A stretch of DNA of 64,000 nucleotides from Candidatus Sumerlaeaceae bacterium (GTDB lineage: Bacteria > Sumerlaeota > Sumerlaeia > Sumerlaeales > Sumerlaeaceae), in the NCBI GenBank assembly GCA_049968255.1, contig JBMFRB010000002.1, positions 384,001 through 448,000 on the forward strand. Reading direction: 5' to 3'. The position numbers were made by a program, and so were the translations under genes. The notes beneath the pieces were generated by a model, which was not told the DNA's origin, did not search any database, and saw nothing but the letters and a program-made list of their open reading frames with translations. Positions 29,080 through 39,013 of the stretch are shown here, in pieces; the first letter of the stretch is position 1, and the number at the start of each line of letters is the position of its first letter.

Positions 29080-30657
29080 ATGATTCTTGTGCTGCTGATA
29101 ATCGTGCTGCTAGTGGGAGCAGTTCTGTGTGCGCTTGCCGCTCGAGTGGACCGCTCAGCGGTCCGCTGGACAGCTCTTATAGCGACAATGATTGACGTTG
29201 CGCTAAGCTTTGGGCTGGTTTGCGCAGTGCAGGCGGGCCCCGTAACATTGCGTCTTCCTTGGTTGCCAACGTGGGGAGCGTCCTTTCATCTCGAAGCCGA
29301 CGGCCTTGCAGCGCTTATGGTTGTGCTCACCACTGTTCTTGGTGTGGTGGCTGTTTTGATTTCCTGGGAAGAGATAGAAAAGCGCTCGGGAGCTTTCCAC
29401 GTGTGGCTTTTGCTACTTCAAGTGGGCATTCTCATCGTGTTCATGGCCAGGGATGCTCTCCTTTTTTACTTCGGTTGGGAGCTTATGCTTATCCCTCTCT
29501 TCTTTATCATTGGGATTTGGGGACACGAGGATAAGCAGCGAGCTGCGTTCAAATTCCTCCTGTTCACATTTGGGGGAAGCATCTTTATGCTTGCGGCCTT
29601 GCTCTATGTTTACGCGCGCCACATCAATTTAGGGCTTGGTGTCAGCTTCGCTATCGACGATCTCATGAAGACGCCACTGAGCGCTGCCGAACAATGGTGG
29701 GTTTTTCTGGGACTCATCGTCGGTTTTGCGGTAAAGATCCCGCTGTTCCCTGTGCATACCTGGCTTCCTGACGCTCACACGCAAGCCCCTACGGCGGGCA
29801 GCCTTATTCTTGCAGGTGTCCTGCTAAAAACTGGAGTTTACGGTCTAATCCGGCTAGCGATCCCTTTGGCACCCTTTGCCGCCGAAGCATTTGCACCACT
29901 CGTTATCGCATTGAGCTTGATCGGTATCTACTATGGCGCTGTTGTGGCCTTCGCACAGCGTGACTTCAAACGACTCGTTGCTTACTCTAGCATAAGCCAC
30001 CTGGGCTTTGTTGTACTTGGCCTATTTCTTGGAAACGCGGCTGGTTACCAAGGAGCAGTGCTTCAGATGGTGAATCACGGCTTGGCTACGGGGGGGCTTT
30101 TCCTCTTGGCGGGAATTATTCAGCATCGGGCTCACACGCGGAATTTGGATGTTTTCGGCGGCCTATGGAAATTTGCCCCCGCAATGGGAGCATTTCTCCT
30201 CTTCTTCGCATTTGCCTCTCTTGGGATTCCTGGCACTGGGAATTTTGTTGGCGAACTCTATGTGATTGCAGGGACGTTTCAGTTTCACCACTTGCTTGGG
30301 GCTCTCACAGCACTCGCGGTTCTTTTCGCTGCAGCTTACTCGCTAAAGCTTTTTCTCGCTACGATGCACGGTCCAACAGTTCGTCCGTGGCGTGCTTTTG
30401 AGGATCTTCACATTCACGAAGTCTTAGCGCTTGGAATCCTATGTGTCGGACTTATTGCGATCGGGCTCTATCCCAGAATCGTAACCGCTCCCCTTTACTT
30501 CCCGCCGGACAGCTTGGTTCCAAAGTCTGGACGGCAGCCAGAACGAGTTTTAAGGCTCGAAGCGAGCAGGAGCACCGGGGAAGACTGGCAGGCCTTTTTG
30601 GCCGCAAATCAAAATATGACCAAAGACGTTGCATTAGTTTCGGAGGCTCGTAAGTGA
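29080..30657 (+). CDS. nuoM: NADH-quinone oxidoreductase subunit M
   Basis: WELMLIP, KIPLFPVHTWLPDAH, AYSSISH, NFVGE. Confidence 0.96.
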   Translation: MILVLLIIVLLVGAVLCALAARVDRSAVRWTALIATMIDVALSFGLVCAVQAGPVTLRLPWLPTWGASFHLEADGLAALMVVLTTVLGVVAVLISWEEIEKRSGAFHVWLLLLQVGILIVFMARDALLFYFGWELMLIPLFFIIGIWGHEDKQRAAFKFLLFTFGGSIFMLAALLYVYARHINLGLGVSFAIDDLMKTPLSAAEQWWVFLGLIVGFAVKIPLFPVHTWLPDAHTQAPTAGSLILAGVLLKTGVYGLIRLAIPLAPFAAEAFAPLVIALSLIGIYYGAVVAFAQRDFKRLVAYSSISHLGFVVLGLFLGNAAGYQGAVLQMVNHGLATGGLFLLAGIIQHRAHTRNLDVFGGLWKFAPAMGAFLLFFAFASLGIPGTGNFVGELYVIAGTFQFHHLLGALTALAVLFAAAYSLKLFLATMHGPTVRPWRAFEDLHIHEVLALGILCVGLIAIGLYPRIVTAPLYFPPDSLVPKSGRQPERVLRLEASRSTGEDWQAFLAANQNMTKDVALVSEARK

Positions 30658-32054
30658 CGGAATACCTTCGCTATCTCCCAGACCTGATTCTCGGCATTGG
30701 CGGGACAGCTACCCTTCTTGTCGGCGCATGGCGTGAGACAAAAGCAGGCCGCGAGTTCGTCCGTTGGGTCGCACTGCTTTCGTTCGTACTCGCAGGTTGC
30801 GCGGTTCTTTACGCTGCGACACTCCCACCGAGCGGAGGGTGGCTCATGTCGTCACCCCTGGCTAAGCGCTTCTCCCTTTTATTCGTATGCATAGGAGCGT
30901 GGATTGTCCTCGTAGAACCGCCTCCTCTGCTGCGAGCCGGTGAATGGTATGCTCTCCTTCAGTTCGCGGTCATTGGAATGCTTGTTCTTGCGCGAAGTGC
31001 GAATTTGGCTGCTCTCTTTTTGGGCATCGAAATACTCTCGCTCGCCTTGTACGTGCTTGTCGCATTCCGCTACGCAAATCGCGTGTCCATTCGGGGCGGA
31101 GTGCTGTACTTGATTCTTGCTAGTTTTGCCAGTGCCTTTCTGGCCTTAGGTGTGGCATTTATCTACGCTGCGTACGGCACACTGGAAATCGGCAAAATTG
31201 CAGAGTTCAAGGAAGCCCCATCGCTTTTGAGTTTTCTCGGACATGTTGGCGTCGGCCTCTTTCTCGTCGGGGCTGGCTTTAAGCTAGCTGTGGTGCCGTT
31301 TCACATGTGGGCGCCCGATGTCTACGAGGCCGCTCCATCGATCATCAGTGGCGTGATTGCTTCAGCTTCAAAAGGTGCCACGCTTGCAGCCCTTGTCCCC
31401 CTCGCATTCCTCTTTGTTCCCCATACCTCGACGCTTTACCTTATCATTTTGGGCACTGTGGTAGGTGGCAACTTGTTGGGTTTGCTCGAACAACGCCCCA
31501 AGCGGATTCTCGCTTATTCATCGATTGCCCATGTCGGTTATCTTCTGACGGGCTATCTCGCTTTTGTGAGTGCTGCACACGATTCCGCTCTAAGCGCACA
31601 GCTCTTACAGGCACTCTTCTTTTACATTGTGGGATATTCTTTAGCAGCACTCGGCGCATTCGCCGTCCTGTCGCAGTTTGAAGATGGCCGACCGATTTAC
31701 CTGAGAGATCTCCGTGGGCTTCTCAAACGCCATCCGTTGGCGGCATGGCTATTGATGGTGTTCATTGTAAGCCTCGCGGGGATTCCCCCAACGATCGGGT
31801 TCCTCAGCAAATTTTATCTTTTTCTTACTGCTGTAAAGGCCGGTTATCTCTGGCTTGTGGTGTGGGCTCTCGTCGGCACAGCCATCGGGGTTTTTTATTA
31901 CACGCGGATTCTGGCGCAACTTTTCATGTCCGCCTCGGAGGGGGTTGAAATAAAGGTGCAACACGATCAGCTACGAGATGTTGTTCTCACACTTACGGCT
32001 GGTCTCACGATTCTTTGGGGGATAACGCCACACTTTCTTCTGTCGTATTTATAA
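30654..32054 (+). CDS. nuoN: NADH-quinone oxidoreductase subunit N
   Basis: FKLAVVPFHMWAPDVYE, KRILAYSSIAH, SLAGIPPT. Confidence 0.95.
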   Translation: MTEYLRYLPDLILGIGGTATLLVGAWRETKAGREFVRWVALLSFVLAGCAVLYAATLPPSGGWLMSSPLAKRFSLLFVCIGAWIVLVEPPPLLRAGEWYALLQFAVIGMLVLARSANLAALFLGIEILSLALYVLVAFRYANRVSIRGGVLYLILASFASAFLALGVAFIYAAYGTLEIGKIAEFKEAPSLLSFLGHVGVGLFLVGAGFKLAVVPFHMWAPDVYEAAPSIISGVIASASKGATLAALVPLAFLFVPHTSTLYLIILGTVVGGNLLGLLEQRPKRILAYSSIAHVGYLLTGYLAFVSAAHDSALSAQLLQALFFYIVGYSLAALGAFAVLSQFEDGRPIYLRDLRGLLKRHPLAAWLLMVFIVSLAGIPPTIGFLSKFYLFLTAVKAGYLWLVVWALVGTAIGVFYYTRILAQLFMSASEGVEIKVQHDQLRDVVLTLTAGLTILWGITPHFLLSYL

Positions 32055-32141
32055 AGTTGCGTATAGTAGCTCTGTTCCCTAGATTTCGAGATGCGGACGA
32101 TGGGCGCTGCAGTGTGAGGTAGTGTGAATGGTGACTGCGCG

Positions 32142-33764
32142 ATGAAGGCCACGTCAGGTTGGCAAGCTTGCTTTTTGCTCGCGCTGGTCTATCTTCTCGT
32201 CACTCCGCATGTCCTTGGGGCGACACTTCGCCTAGTGAACGGCAAAGTTTTTCGCGGCGAAATTGTTGCTGAAACCACTCATGCTTTACATGTCAAAACC
32301 GCTTTCGGAATCATCAAGCTTGCACGCCGCGATGTTCTTCAGTTGGAAAACGATGATGGAGCAGCTCGACGGCATTTTGCTGTGCAGCTTCTCGATTCCC
32401 TTGAATTAGGAAATTTTCCCAAAGCCCTAAAAACCTTAAATGCTACCGCGATATCCGCAGATGGTTTGGAACTAGCCGAAACTGACCGGCTTCTGCTGGA
32501 GAAGTTTGATTTCCTTGTTGAGTTTGCGAAAGCGCAGCCCCAGGTGGCGCTTTCTGCGTTGTTCGATTACATCCTGAATCGTCCATCGCCGCCTCCTCCA
32601 TTACTCTTTGCCAGAACCTTTAGACTGGCCCTTTCCAACGATGGAACATCGAGCGCTTTGAGCCTTCTCTTACCGGTCCTGCGACGCGGCTGGATCTCGC
32701 TTTGCGACCAGGAGATACTTGGCCAGGCCCTTGAGGCTTGCGGTGGCAACGAAGATATTCCGGCCAGTGATCGCCTGCTGATTGCGACCGCTGCGGCTAG
32801 GATTGCGGATGTTCAGAGCCCAACCGGCCAAAGCTTAGAGACAAAAGCGCTGTCAGTTGCTGCTGAGGGCCTTCTCGATCTTCTTGTCAATGGTCCCCAA
32901 AATGAATTCTCCGGGTCCTTCAGTAATCCGGCAGAATGCGATCTTCCTACTTCTTTCTCAGAAAGCGAATTACCAGTGCTATTTCAACAACTGACCAGCT
33001 TAGCTCAGTCCAGAAATTCGACAGAGACTCTTGTTCTGTGCTGCGAATGGATCGAAACAAATGCCAAACTTGCGCCGCGATTTGATCTGCGGGGAACTTT
33101 GCGAACGCACCATACATTATTGCTGCAATGTGGAAATTTCAATGCAGCGCGGCAGCTCGCCATTCGTTCGGAGACCTGGGACCCGGATGTGGCAGCGGAA
33201 CTACTTTTGAAAACGAAGTTTTTCGAGGAAAAGGCAAAGCTGGCGCCAGACGATCAAGTGGCACGCTACCGCTTGGCCAAATGGGCTTACGAGATGGGCC
33301 TCGTCGAACTCGCCCTTGACGAGTTCCGGAGGCTTTGCGCATCTAAACAGCTCGGGCGGGCCTGTTACCTTTATCTCAAAGCCAACAAAATCCAGCGCGA
33401 CGCCGAGGTACTCCAACACGCACTCGATCTCTTTCGCATGGGACTCTATTCGGCTGCCGCTCACACAGCTGGGGAGCTCACCCAGCCACAAGAAAAATCT
33501 GACCTGACGACTGAAACGGCCCTTGTCGTTGCGCTCGCAAAACGCTTGGCGGATTCCGCACCTCAGCGGGAGAAACTCAAAGCGGCTTCGCTACTCCAAC
33601 AAGCGGAGCGTCTTGCATTACGCCAGGATTACTCCACCGCAGCCTCCCTTTTGGAAACCGCGAAACAAACGTGTCCGTCCACCGAAATTTCGGCGGCAAT
33701 TTCCGCCATCATCCGAAAATTCCCACGACTGCGCGAACAAGTGACCGCCCCTCCCACAAATTAG
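32142..33764 (+). CDS. Exported hypothetical protein, helical/TPR-like
   Basis: Signal peptide, small beta domain (LRLVNGKVFRGEIV), helical repeats; long ORF after nuoN. Confidence 0.6.
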   Translation: MKATSGWQACFLLALVYLLVTPHVLGATLRLVNGKVFRGEIVAETTHALHVKTAFGIIKLARRDVLQLENDDGAARRHFAVQLLDSLELGNFPKALKTLNATAISADGLELAETDRLLLEKFDFLVEFAKAQPQVALSALFDYILNRPSPPPPLLFARTFRLALSNDGTSSALSLLLPVLRRGWISLCDQEILGQALEACGGNEDIPASDRLLIATAAARIADVQSPTGQSLETKALSVAAEGLLDLLVNGPQNEFSGSFSNPAECDLPTSFSESELPVLFQQLTSLAQSRNSTETLVLCCEWIETNAKLAPRFDLRGTLRTHHTLLLQCGNFNAARQLAIRSETWDPDVAAELLLKTKFFEEKAKLAPDDQVARYRLAKWAYEMGLVELALDEFRRLCASKQLGRACYLYLKANKIQRDAEVLQHALDLFRMGLYSAAAHTAGELTQPQEKSDLTTETALVVALAKRLADSAPQREKLKAASLLQQAERLALRQDYSTAASLLETAKQTCPSTEISAAISAIIRKFPRLREQVTAPPTN

Positions 33765-33806
33765 CGGCTCACGGCGGCATATTTTGTGCATTCGGTAATC
33801 ACGAGC

Positions 33807-35159
33807 CTATGTCTCGATTCCGAGCTCCTTGAGACGTCGAATGAGCGTCCGCCTCGAGATTCCCAAAATAGCTGCAGCTTGGGTCCGATTTCCAGAGGTG
33901 GACTCCAGGGTGCGGAGAATAGCCTGCCGTTCCAACTCGTCGAGTGGAATACCCAGTGGCACTTCCAGGCGCTCTTGCGGGCGCTCTAGAAGCTCGGGAG
34001 GCAAGTCTTGCGCGGTAATGGTCGGGGACTGCGCAAAAATCACTAGTGTTTCGATTGTGTTGCGGAGCTGTCTTACATTGCCCGGCCAATGATAAGCTTG
34101 AAGCTTTTGCAGGGCATCTTGTGTGAGAGAAAGTTCGGGTTTTCCGTGTTCCTTCGCAAACTCTCTTAAGAAATAAGCCACAAGTAATGGAATATCAGAT
34201 CGTCGTGTTCGCAATGGCGGCACTGTAATCTTTACGACATTGAGCCGATAATAGAGGTCTTCGCGAAAGCGCCCTTCTTCTACTTCTTCTTGAAGATTGC
34301 GATTGGTCGCCGCAATAATGCGGATATCGACCCGATGGGGCACGGTTCCGCCCACATGCATAAACTCGCGTGTCTCAAGGACGCGGAGCAATTTGACCTG
34401 AGTGGCAAGAGGGATTTCTCCAATCTCGTCTAAGAACAAAGTCCCGCCATCAGCAAGTTCGATGAGACCAGCCTTCTTTGTTGTCGCCCCAGTGAAAGCT
34501 CCCTTTTCATAGCCGAAAAGTTCACTCTCCACCAAGGTTTCGCAGAGTGCTCCGCAGTGGATAGGAATGAATGGCTTGTTGGCACGCCGAGAATTCTTAT
34601 GAATAGCACGAGCCACGAGCTCTTTGCCCGTTCCACTCTCGCCCTCAACCAGGACAGTGGCCGCAGTGTCAGCCACGATCCGCAACTGTTCGAGGAGCTT
34701 TCTAATTTCTGGTGACTCCCCGACGATCTCGTCGAAGCCTGCCCGTCCAGCTAATTGCCGACGAAGGACGACATTTTCCTTTTTCAGGCGCTGGTGTTCC
34801 ATCGCCCGTTGCACCTGAATCCGTAGCTCGGAGAGATTCACCGGCTTCGTGAGGTAATTCAGGGCACCTGCTCTAAGTGCTTCGACCGCCGACTCAATAG
34901 TTCCATAGGCAGTCAATAAGATGACAGATGGAGGCGTCTCCATGTTCCTTGTGGCTTGGAGAACTTCGATCCCCGAAATGTCCGGCAGACGTAAGTCGCA
35001 AACCATGACGTCGATGTCTTTGGCATCCAACATCTGGAGTGCCTGTTTCCCAGAGCTAGCCGTCAGCACATCGTAACCGGATCGAGTAAATGCGAGGTCG
35101 AGGCTTTTCAGGCTTTCTTCGTTATCATCAACTATAAGAAGCTTCCCTTCTCCTGGCAT
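33807..35159 (-). CDS. Sigma54-dependent response regulator (NtrC/AtoC family)
   Basis: Receiver domain (VDD...DLRLPD), GESGTGKE, GAFTGA, FLDEIGE, WPGNVR, Fis-type HTH. Confidence 0.95.
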   Translation of the reverse strand: MPGEGKLLIVDDNEESLKSLDLAFTRSGYDVLTASSGKQALQMLDAKDIDVMVCDLRLPDISGIEVLQATRNMETPPSVILLTAYGTIESAVEALRAGALNYLTKPVNLSELRIQVQRAMEHQRLKKENVVLRRQLAGRAGFDEIVGESPEIRKLLEQLRIVADTAATVLVEGESGTGKELVARAIHKNSRRANKPFIPIHCGALCETLVESELFGYEKGAFTGATTKKAGLIELADGGTLFLDEIGEIPLATQVKLLRVLETREFMHVGGTVPHRVDIRIIAATNRNLQEEVEEGRFREDLYYRLNVVKITVPPLRTRRSDIPLLVAYFLREFAKEHGKPELSLTQDALQKLQAYHWPGNVRQLRNTIETLVIFAQSPTITAQDLPPELLERPQERLEVPLGIPLDELERQAILRTLESTSGNRTQAAAILGISRRTLIRRLKELGIET

Positions 35160-35173
35160 GTTATCTGTTATCC

Positions 35174-36586
35174 CTACATGACTTGAGATTCGCGCGGGAG
35201 GCGAACGGTAACGACAACCCCCCGGCTGGCTTGATTGGTGACTTCAAGATTTCCGCCGTGTTCACAGATAATTTTGTGCGTTATGGCGAGCCCCAAGCCA
35301 GTCCCTCCTTTTTTCGTGGTGTAAAAGGCTTCGAAAATGTGTGGCAAATGCTCGGGGGGAATACCTGAACCCGAATCCGCAATGGTGAGACAAATTTCTT
35401 CTTTGCCGACACGAATTGTGATGTCAACGTGCTTTCGGACACTGTTGGCCACGGCCTGGATAGCATTGAGAAAAATGTTGCGCAAGGCTTGGTGAATGAG
35501 GCGTCGATCGCCTTCTATCGTCGTTTCCGCTAAAGGCGGTGAATCAATTGTCCATGTAATTGCTTTTGCTTCTAGCTCTGGACGGTGTGCATCAACAAGT
35601 TCCTGAATAACTCCCAAGAGTGGAAACCGCGTGACACTTTCCCTCGTGGGGAGTGCAAACTCGAGAAACCGAGTCAACGTCTGGTTGAGCTGTTCTATTT
35701 CACTGCGAACGCGGCGCAGAAGCTCACTTACCGAAGATTTTTTTGCGGCTTCGTCGCCATTTCCGGCCAAATCTTCTTCGGCCAACTGCAAGTTGATACT
35801 CATGGCGTTGAGGGGATTGCGGATTTCATGGGCAAGCCCGGAAGCGAGTGTCCCCACGTAAGCCATTTGCGCCAGTTCTGCATTGCGTGTGACGACCTGC
35901 ATATGACGACGGACTAAGACCCAGACCATCCAAAACACGGCCAGAAATACCCCAAATAAGAGGATCGCCTGGATCGCGAGGGCCCGTGTAATCTGCTGGC
36001 TTGTAGCTTCGATACGCCCATAAGACACGCTGTCGGTCAAGCGAAGTCGAATCTCGCCGACCTGTTTTCCGTCATGCTCAATGACTTGATGAATTTCTCG
36101 ACCATCCTGAGCTGTGCCACTTTGGCGCACAATCACATCAACGTGCTGTTTCGTATCGACAGGTACCTGCCCCTTGTAGCTTCTATCGCCCACAGCGCGG
36201 GTTCGGAATGTTTGCTCAGCATCATTGGTCTGCTCGATAACGTAGACTCCTGTTTGGGGATCAAAAATTCCAGCCCACACGATTTTTCTATTTTGCTGCA
36301 AAATGACTTGGGTAAGGGGCCGGAGCCGCTCGGCAATTCCCCCCCCGCTCAACGACGAGGCTTTCTCCTCGCGCATCAGCTGGATGATTTCTCGGGCCAA
36401 CTGGCGGGCCTGTTCTTGGGCAAGTTCCACAGCTGCCTTTACGTTACGCTTTTGAAGAGCATTAATATAGTAGCTCCCCGCCGAAAAAAGCAGAAATGCC
36501 GAAAGCAGACTTCCCGCTGCAAACGCGAGAAAAAGCTTGGCCTGAAATGTCAGGCGAAGGCGTTCAGGAATGGGGCGCTTTGTCAT
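35174..36586 (-). CDS. Sensor histidine kinase (NtrB-like, periplasmic sensor domain)
   Basis: Two TM segments; H-box LAHEIRNPL; N-box NAIQA; DSGSGI; FYTTK; GTGLGL. Confidence 0.93.
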   Translation of the reverse strand: MTKRPIPERLRLTFQAKLFLAFAAGSLLSAFLLFSAGSYYINALQKRNVKAAVELAQEQARQLAREIIQLMREEKASSLSGGGIAERLRPLTQVILQQNRKIVWAGIFDPQTGVYVIEQTNDAEQTFRTRAVGDRSYKGQVPVDTKQHVDVIVRQSGTAQDGREIHQVIEHDGKQVGEIRLRLTDSVSYGRIEATSQQITRALAIQAILLFGVFLAVFWMVWVLVRRHMQVVTRNAELAQMAYVGTLASGLAHEIRNPLNAMSINLQLAEEDLAGNGDEAAKKSSVSELLRRVRSEIEQLNQTLTRFLEFALPTRESVTRFPLLGVIQELVDAHRPELEAKAITWTIDSPPLAETTIEGDRRLIHQALRNIFLNAIQAVANSVRKHVDITIRVGKEEICLTIADSGSGIPPEHLPHIFEAFYTTKKGGTGLGLAITHKIICEHGGNLEVTNQASRGVVVTVRLPRESQVM

Positions 36587-36986
36587 CGCTTGTTTCGCTA
36601 GCACGCTCAGGAGCTTGCTTTTGCGCCAAGATGGCGCGGTCCATCTCAGAGAGCGATTTCCGTGCCGCGCAGTTGAGGGTGTCGGCAATATCCGCAAGCG
36701 AGATGATGAGGAGGAACAGCGTCAGTCCGCCAAGAACAGCCGCATAAACCAGGGTAGGACCAACCCCTCGAATCGGCAAGACCTTTCGTGCCTCTAGGGT
36801 CAGAATAAGACCTATTAGGCCCAGAAGTCCGCTGAGGACCAACCGCCGGCGCAAACGACGCGGCGTGACGAACCACACATCGCGCTCTGGATTGCGCTGC
36901 TGAGCAATCTCCCACCACGTCAGAATTGCCGCGGAGCCTAACAGAATCAGGCCAAAGGCATCCGATACTGTGTCCTGAAGAGACAT
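36564..36986 (-). CDS. Hypothetical membrane protein (3 TM)
   Basis: Three hydrophobic segments; 3' end overlaps the kinase start. Confidence 0.65.
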   Translation of the reverse strand: MSLQDTVSDAFGLILLGSAAILTWWEIAQQRNPERDVWFVTPRRLRRRLVLSGLLGLIGLILTLEARKVLPIRGVGPTLVYAAVLGGLTLFLLIISLADIADTLNCAARKSLSEMDRAILAQKQAPERASETSDDKAPHS

Positions 36987-37051
36987 TTTACTCTACATTA
37001 GAGTTTGCGTGACGACTTATTTTTACAGACGAACCATGAGTGGCTCTGCCA

Positions 37052-38020
37052 TTAGACGCCCAACTTCAGAATAACATCTTCGATGTAGCGAGCCTCGGCC
37101 GCTAAGCCTTTTTCGATCGCGACGCGGGGCTGAAACCCAAGGTCATTGGCTGCGCGAGTAACATCAGCCCCCGTGTGAGTCACATCTCCTTTTTCCCGCC
37201 CCGCTTGCGTCACATTTGGGCGGCGTCCCGTAACCTTTTCCACAAGTTCGATAACCTGATTCATGGAGAGCCGACTGCCACCGCCGATATTGTAAACTGC
37301 GCCGGCCTTTCCGTGATTGGCAGCCAAAATGTTTGCCTCGACGATGTCCGAAATATAGGTGAAATCACGAGTCTGTTCGCCGCTGCCAAAGAGGATAAAC
37401 TCCTTGCCTGTGAGTGCCGATTTTAACAATCGGTGGAATGCCATGTCAGGGCGCTGACGCGGACCGTAAACAGTGAAGTAACGAAGGCTCACAGTAGGGA
37501 GACCATAATTGTGAGTGTAGAGCCGAACAAGGTGTTCCGCAGCCAACTTCGTCACTCCATAAGGCGACACCGGTTGCGGGAGATCTGTCTCCTGCATCGG
37601 GAATTTCTGTGTTTCGCCGTAGACCGAGGACGAAGACGCGTAAACAAAACGCACATCATCTCGTCCCTTACATGCTTCTAAGAGCTTTTGGGTGGCCAGC
37701 ACATTGCACGTCGTGTACGTTTCAAAGTAGCTTCCCCAACTTGCACGCACACCGGCTTGCGCAGCCAGGTGAAACACTGCAGCCACGCCCTCCAGCAGCT
37801 CGGCAGCCTTTGCAGGCAGGCTGAAGAGTTCGCCCACTTCGGTTTCGATAAAGCGAAACTTTTCAAAAGAGCGAAGCTGATCGAGATTCCATGTTTTGAT
37901 TTCGCGGGGGTAATACGGAATAAAGCAGTCAATCCCAATCACTTCATGGCCGCGCTCAAGTAATGTTTGCGCGAGAGATGAGCCGATGAAACCGGCAACA
38001 CCGGTCACGACGTATCGCAT
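37052..38020 (-). CDS. NAD-dependent nucleotide-sugar epimerase (UDP-glucuronate/GalE-like extended SDR)
   Basis: TGVAGFIG, HLAAQAGVR, ASSSSVYG, SPYGVTK, YGPRQRPDMA. Confidence 0.92.
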   Translation of the reverse strand: MRYVVTGVAGFIGSSLAQTLLERGHEVIGIDCFIPYYPREIKTWNLDQLRSFEKFRFIETEVGELFSLPAKAAELLEGVAAVFHLAAQAGVRASWGSYFETYTTCNVLATQKLLEACKGRDDVRFVYASSSSVYGETQKFPMQETDLPQPVSPYGVTKLAAEHLVRLYTHNYGLPTVSLRYFTVYGPRQRPDMAFHRLLKSALTGKEFILFGSGEQTRDFTYISDIVEANILAANHGKAGAVYNIGGGSRLSMNQVIELVEKVTGRRPNVTQAGREKGDVTHTGADVTRAANDLGFQPRVAIEKGLAAEARYIEDVILKLGV

Positions 38021-38038
38021 TCTGAGATATTTCTCCTT

Positions 38039-38929
38039 CTAGTTTTTGCGGGGGGACAAGGGACTTGCTGCTGTCGGGGACTTTTTTTTCTCTGGCTGAG
38101 ACAGTTCTTCCATCTGGCGGCGATCGGTCGGATCTATCTTCTTTGGCTCATTTGTGCCCGTTTGAGCTGGGGAGCTTGCAGAGCCGCCTTCCATGCCCAG
38201 CACTGGAACAAGTTTTACTGAGGAGGTGGTTTTGCTCTCAGCCGCTATCGGTGTGGACGCGCCCGTTTCCTCCCCTCCGCTCGCCGGGAGGGCGCCTTGC
38301 TTCGGCTCAAGAATCATCGCGCGCGCACCGCCGCTGCCTGGTGTGGCCACGACGTTTGGCGCTGTAGCAACCTGACTCATCTTTGGTCGAACACGTCCGG
38401 CGCCTTGGACCTTCATCTGTGCTTTGCCGTCAACAATATCCACGATAATCTTATCGGCTGCTGTTGTCTGGACTTTGCCATCTTTGGTCTTGTTATATAC
38501 GACAGCGTTTCCAATAAACTCGCTGTGTTGTTTGTCGGGGTAATACTTGAACAACTTGCATGTGATGATGAGGTCGCCTTGGCGCACTACTACGCGCTTG
38601 CCGGTCGCCGTGAGCTCGCCTTTAATTGCTTTATAATCTAGGCGGTCCGCATTGAGCGTCATGTCCTCACTTGTGAAGACTACGCCCTTTTTCGCCTCTA
38701 ACGAATCGAGCTCGTTGTTCTCGTTGAACTTGTAAACAAATTCACCGTCAGGATCCGTTGTGAGGGAGAACGGTTTGTTGCCGCGCAATACTCCTGTTTG
38801 CTCTTCCGGAGCTGGTTTTCGTGGCGCCTCAATCTGAGGCATAGGCTCTGGCTTCTCCTGCTGCGCCCAGGTTGGCGTCGCAAGAAGCGTTCCAAGAGCC
38901 ACGGCTACAGCGAAGGTTTGCGTGCGCAT
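38039..38929 (-). CDS. LptA/OstA-like periplasmic beta-jellyroll protein with low-complexity C-terminal tail
   Basis: Signal peptide; LNADRLDY...ATGKRVVVRQGD...GNAVV OstA-like repeats. Confidence 0.65.
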   Translation of the reverse strand: MRTQTFAVAVALGTLLATPTWAQQEKPEPMPQIEAPRKPAPEEQTGVLRGNKPFSLTTDPDGEFVYKFNENNELDSLEAKKGVVFTSEDMTLNADRLDYKAIKGELTATGKRVVVRQGDLIITCKLFKYYPDKQHSEFIGNAVVYNKTKDGKVQTTAADKIIVDIVDGKAQMKVQGAGRVRPKMSQVATAPNVVATPGSGGARAMILEPKQGALPASGGEETGASTPIAAESKTTSSVKLVPVLGMEGGSASSPAQTGTNEPKKIDPTDRRQMEELSQPEKKKSPTAASPLSPRKN

Positions 38930-39013
38930 TTTCTGATTACCTCGTTTTCTTCATCTCACTCGTGCTATGCACAGCGGCCGAGTGTCAAACGCTAAGGGAA
39001 GCCATGACGCCAA

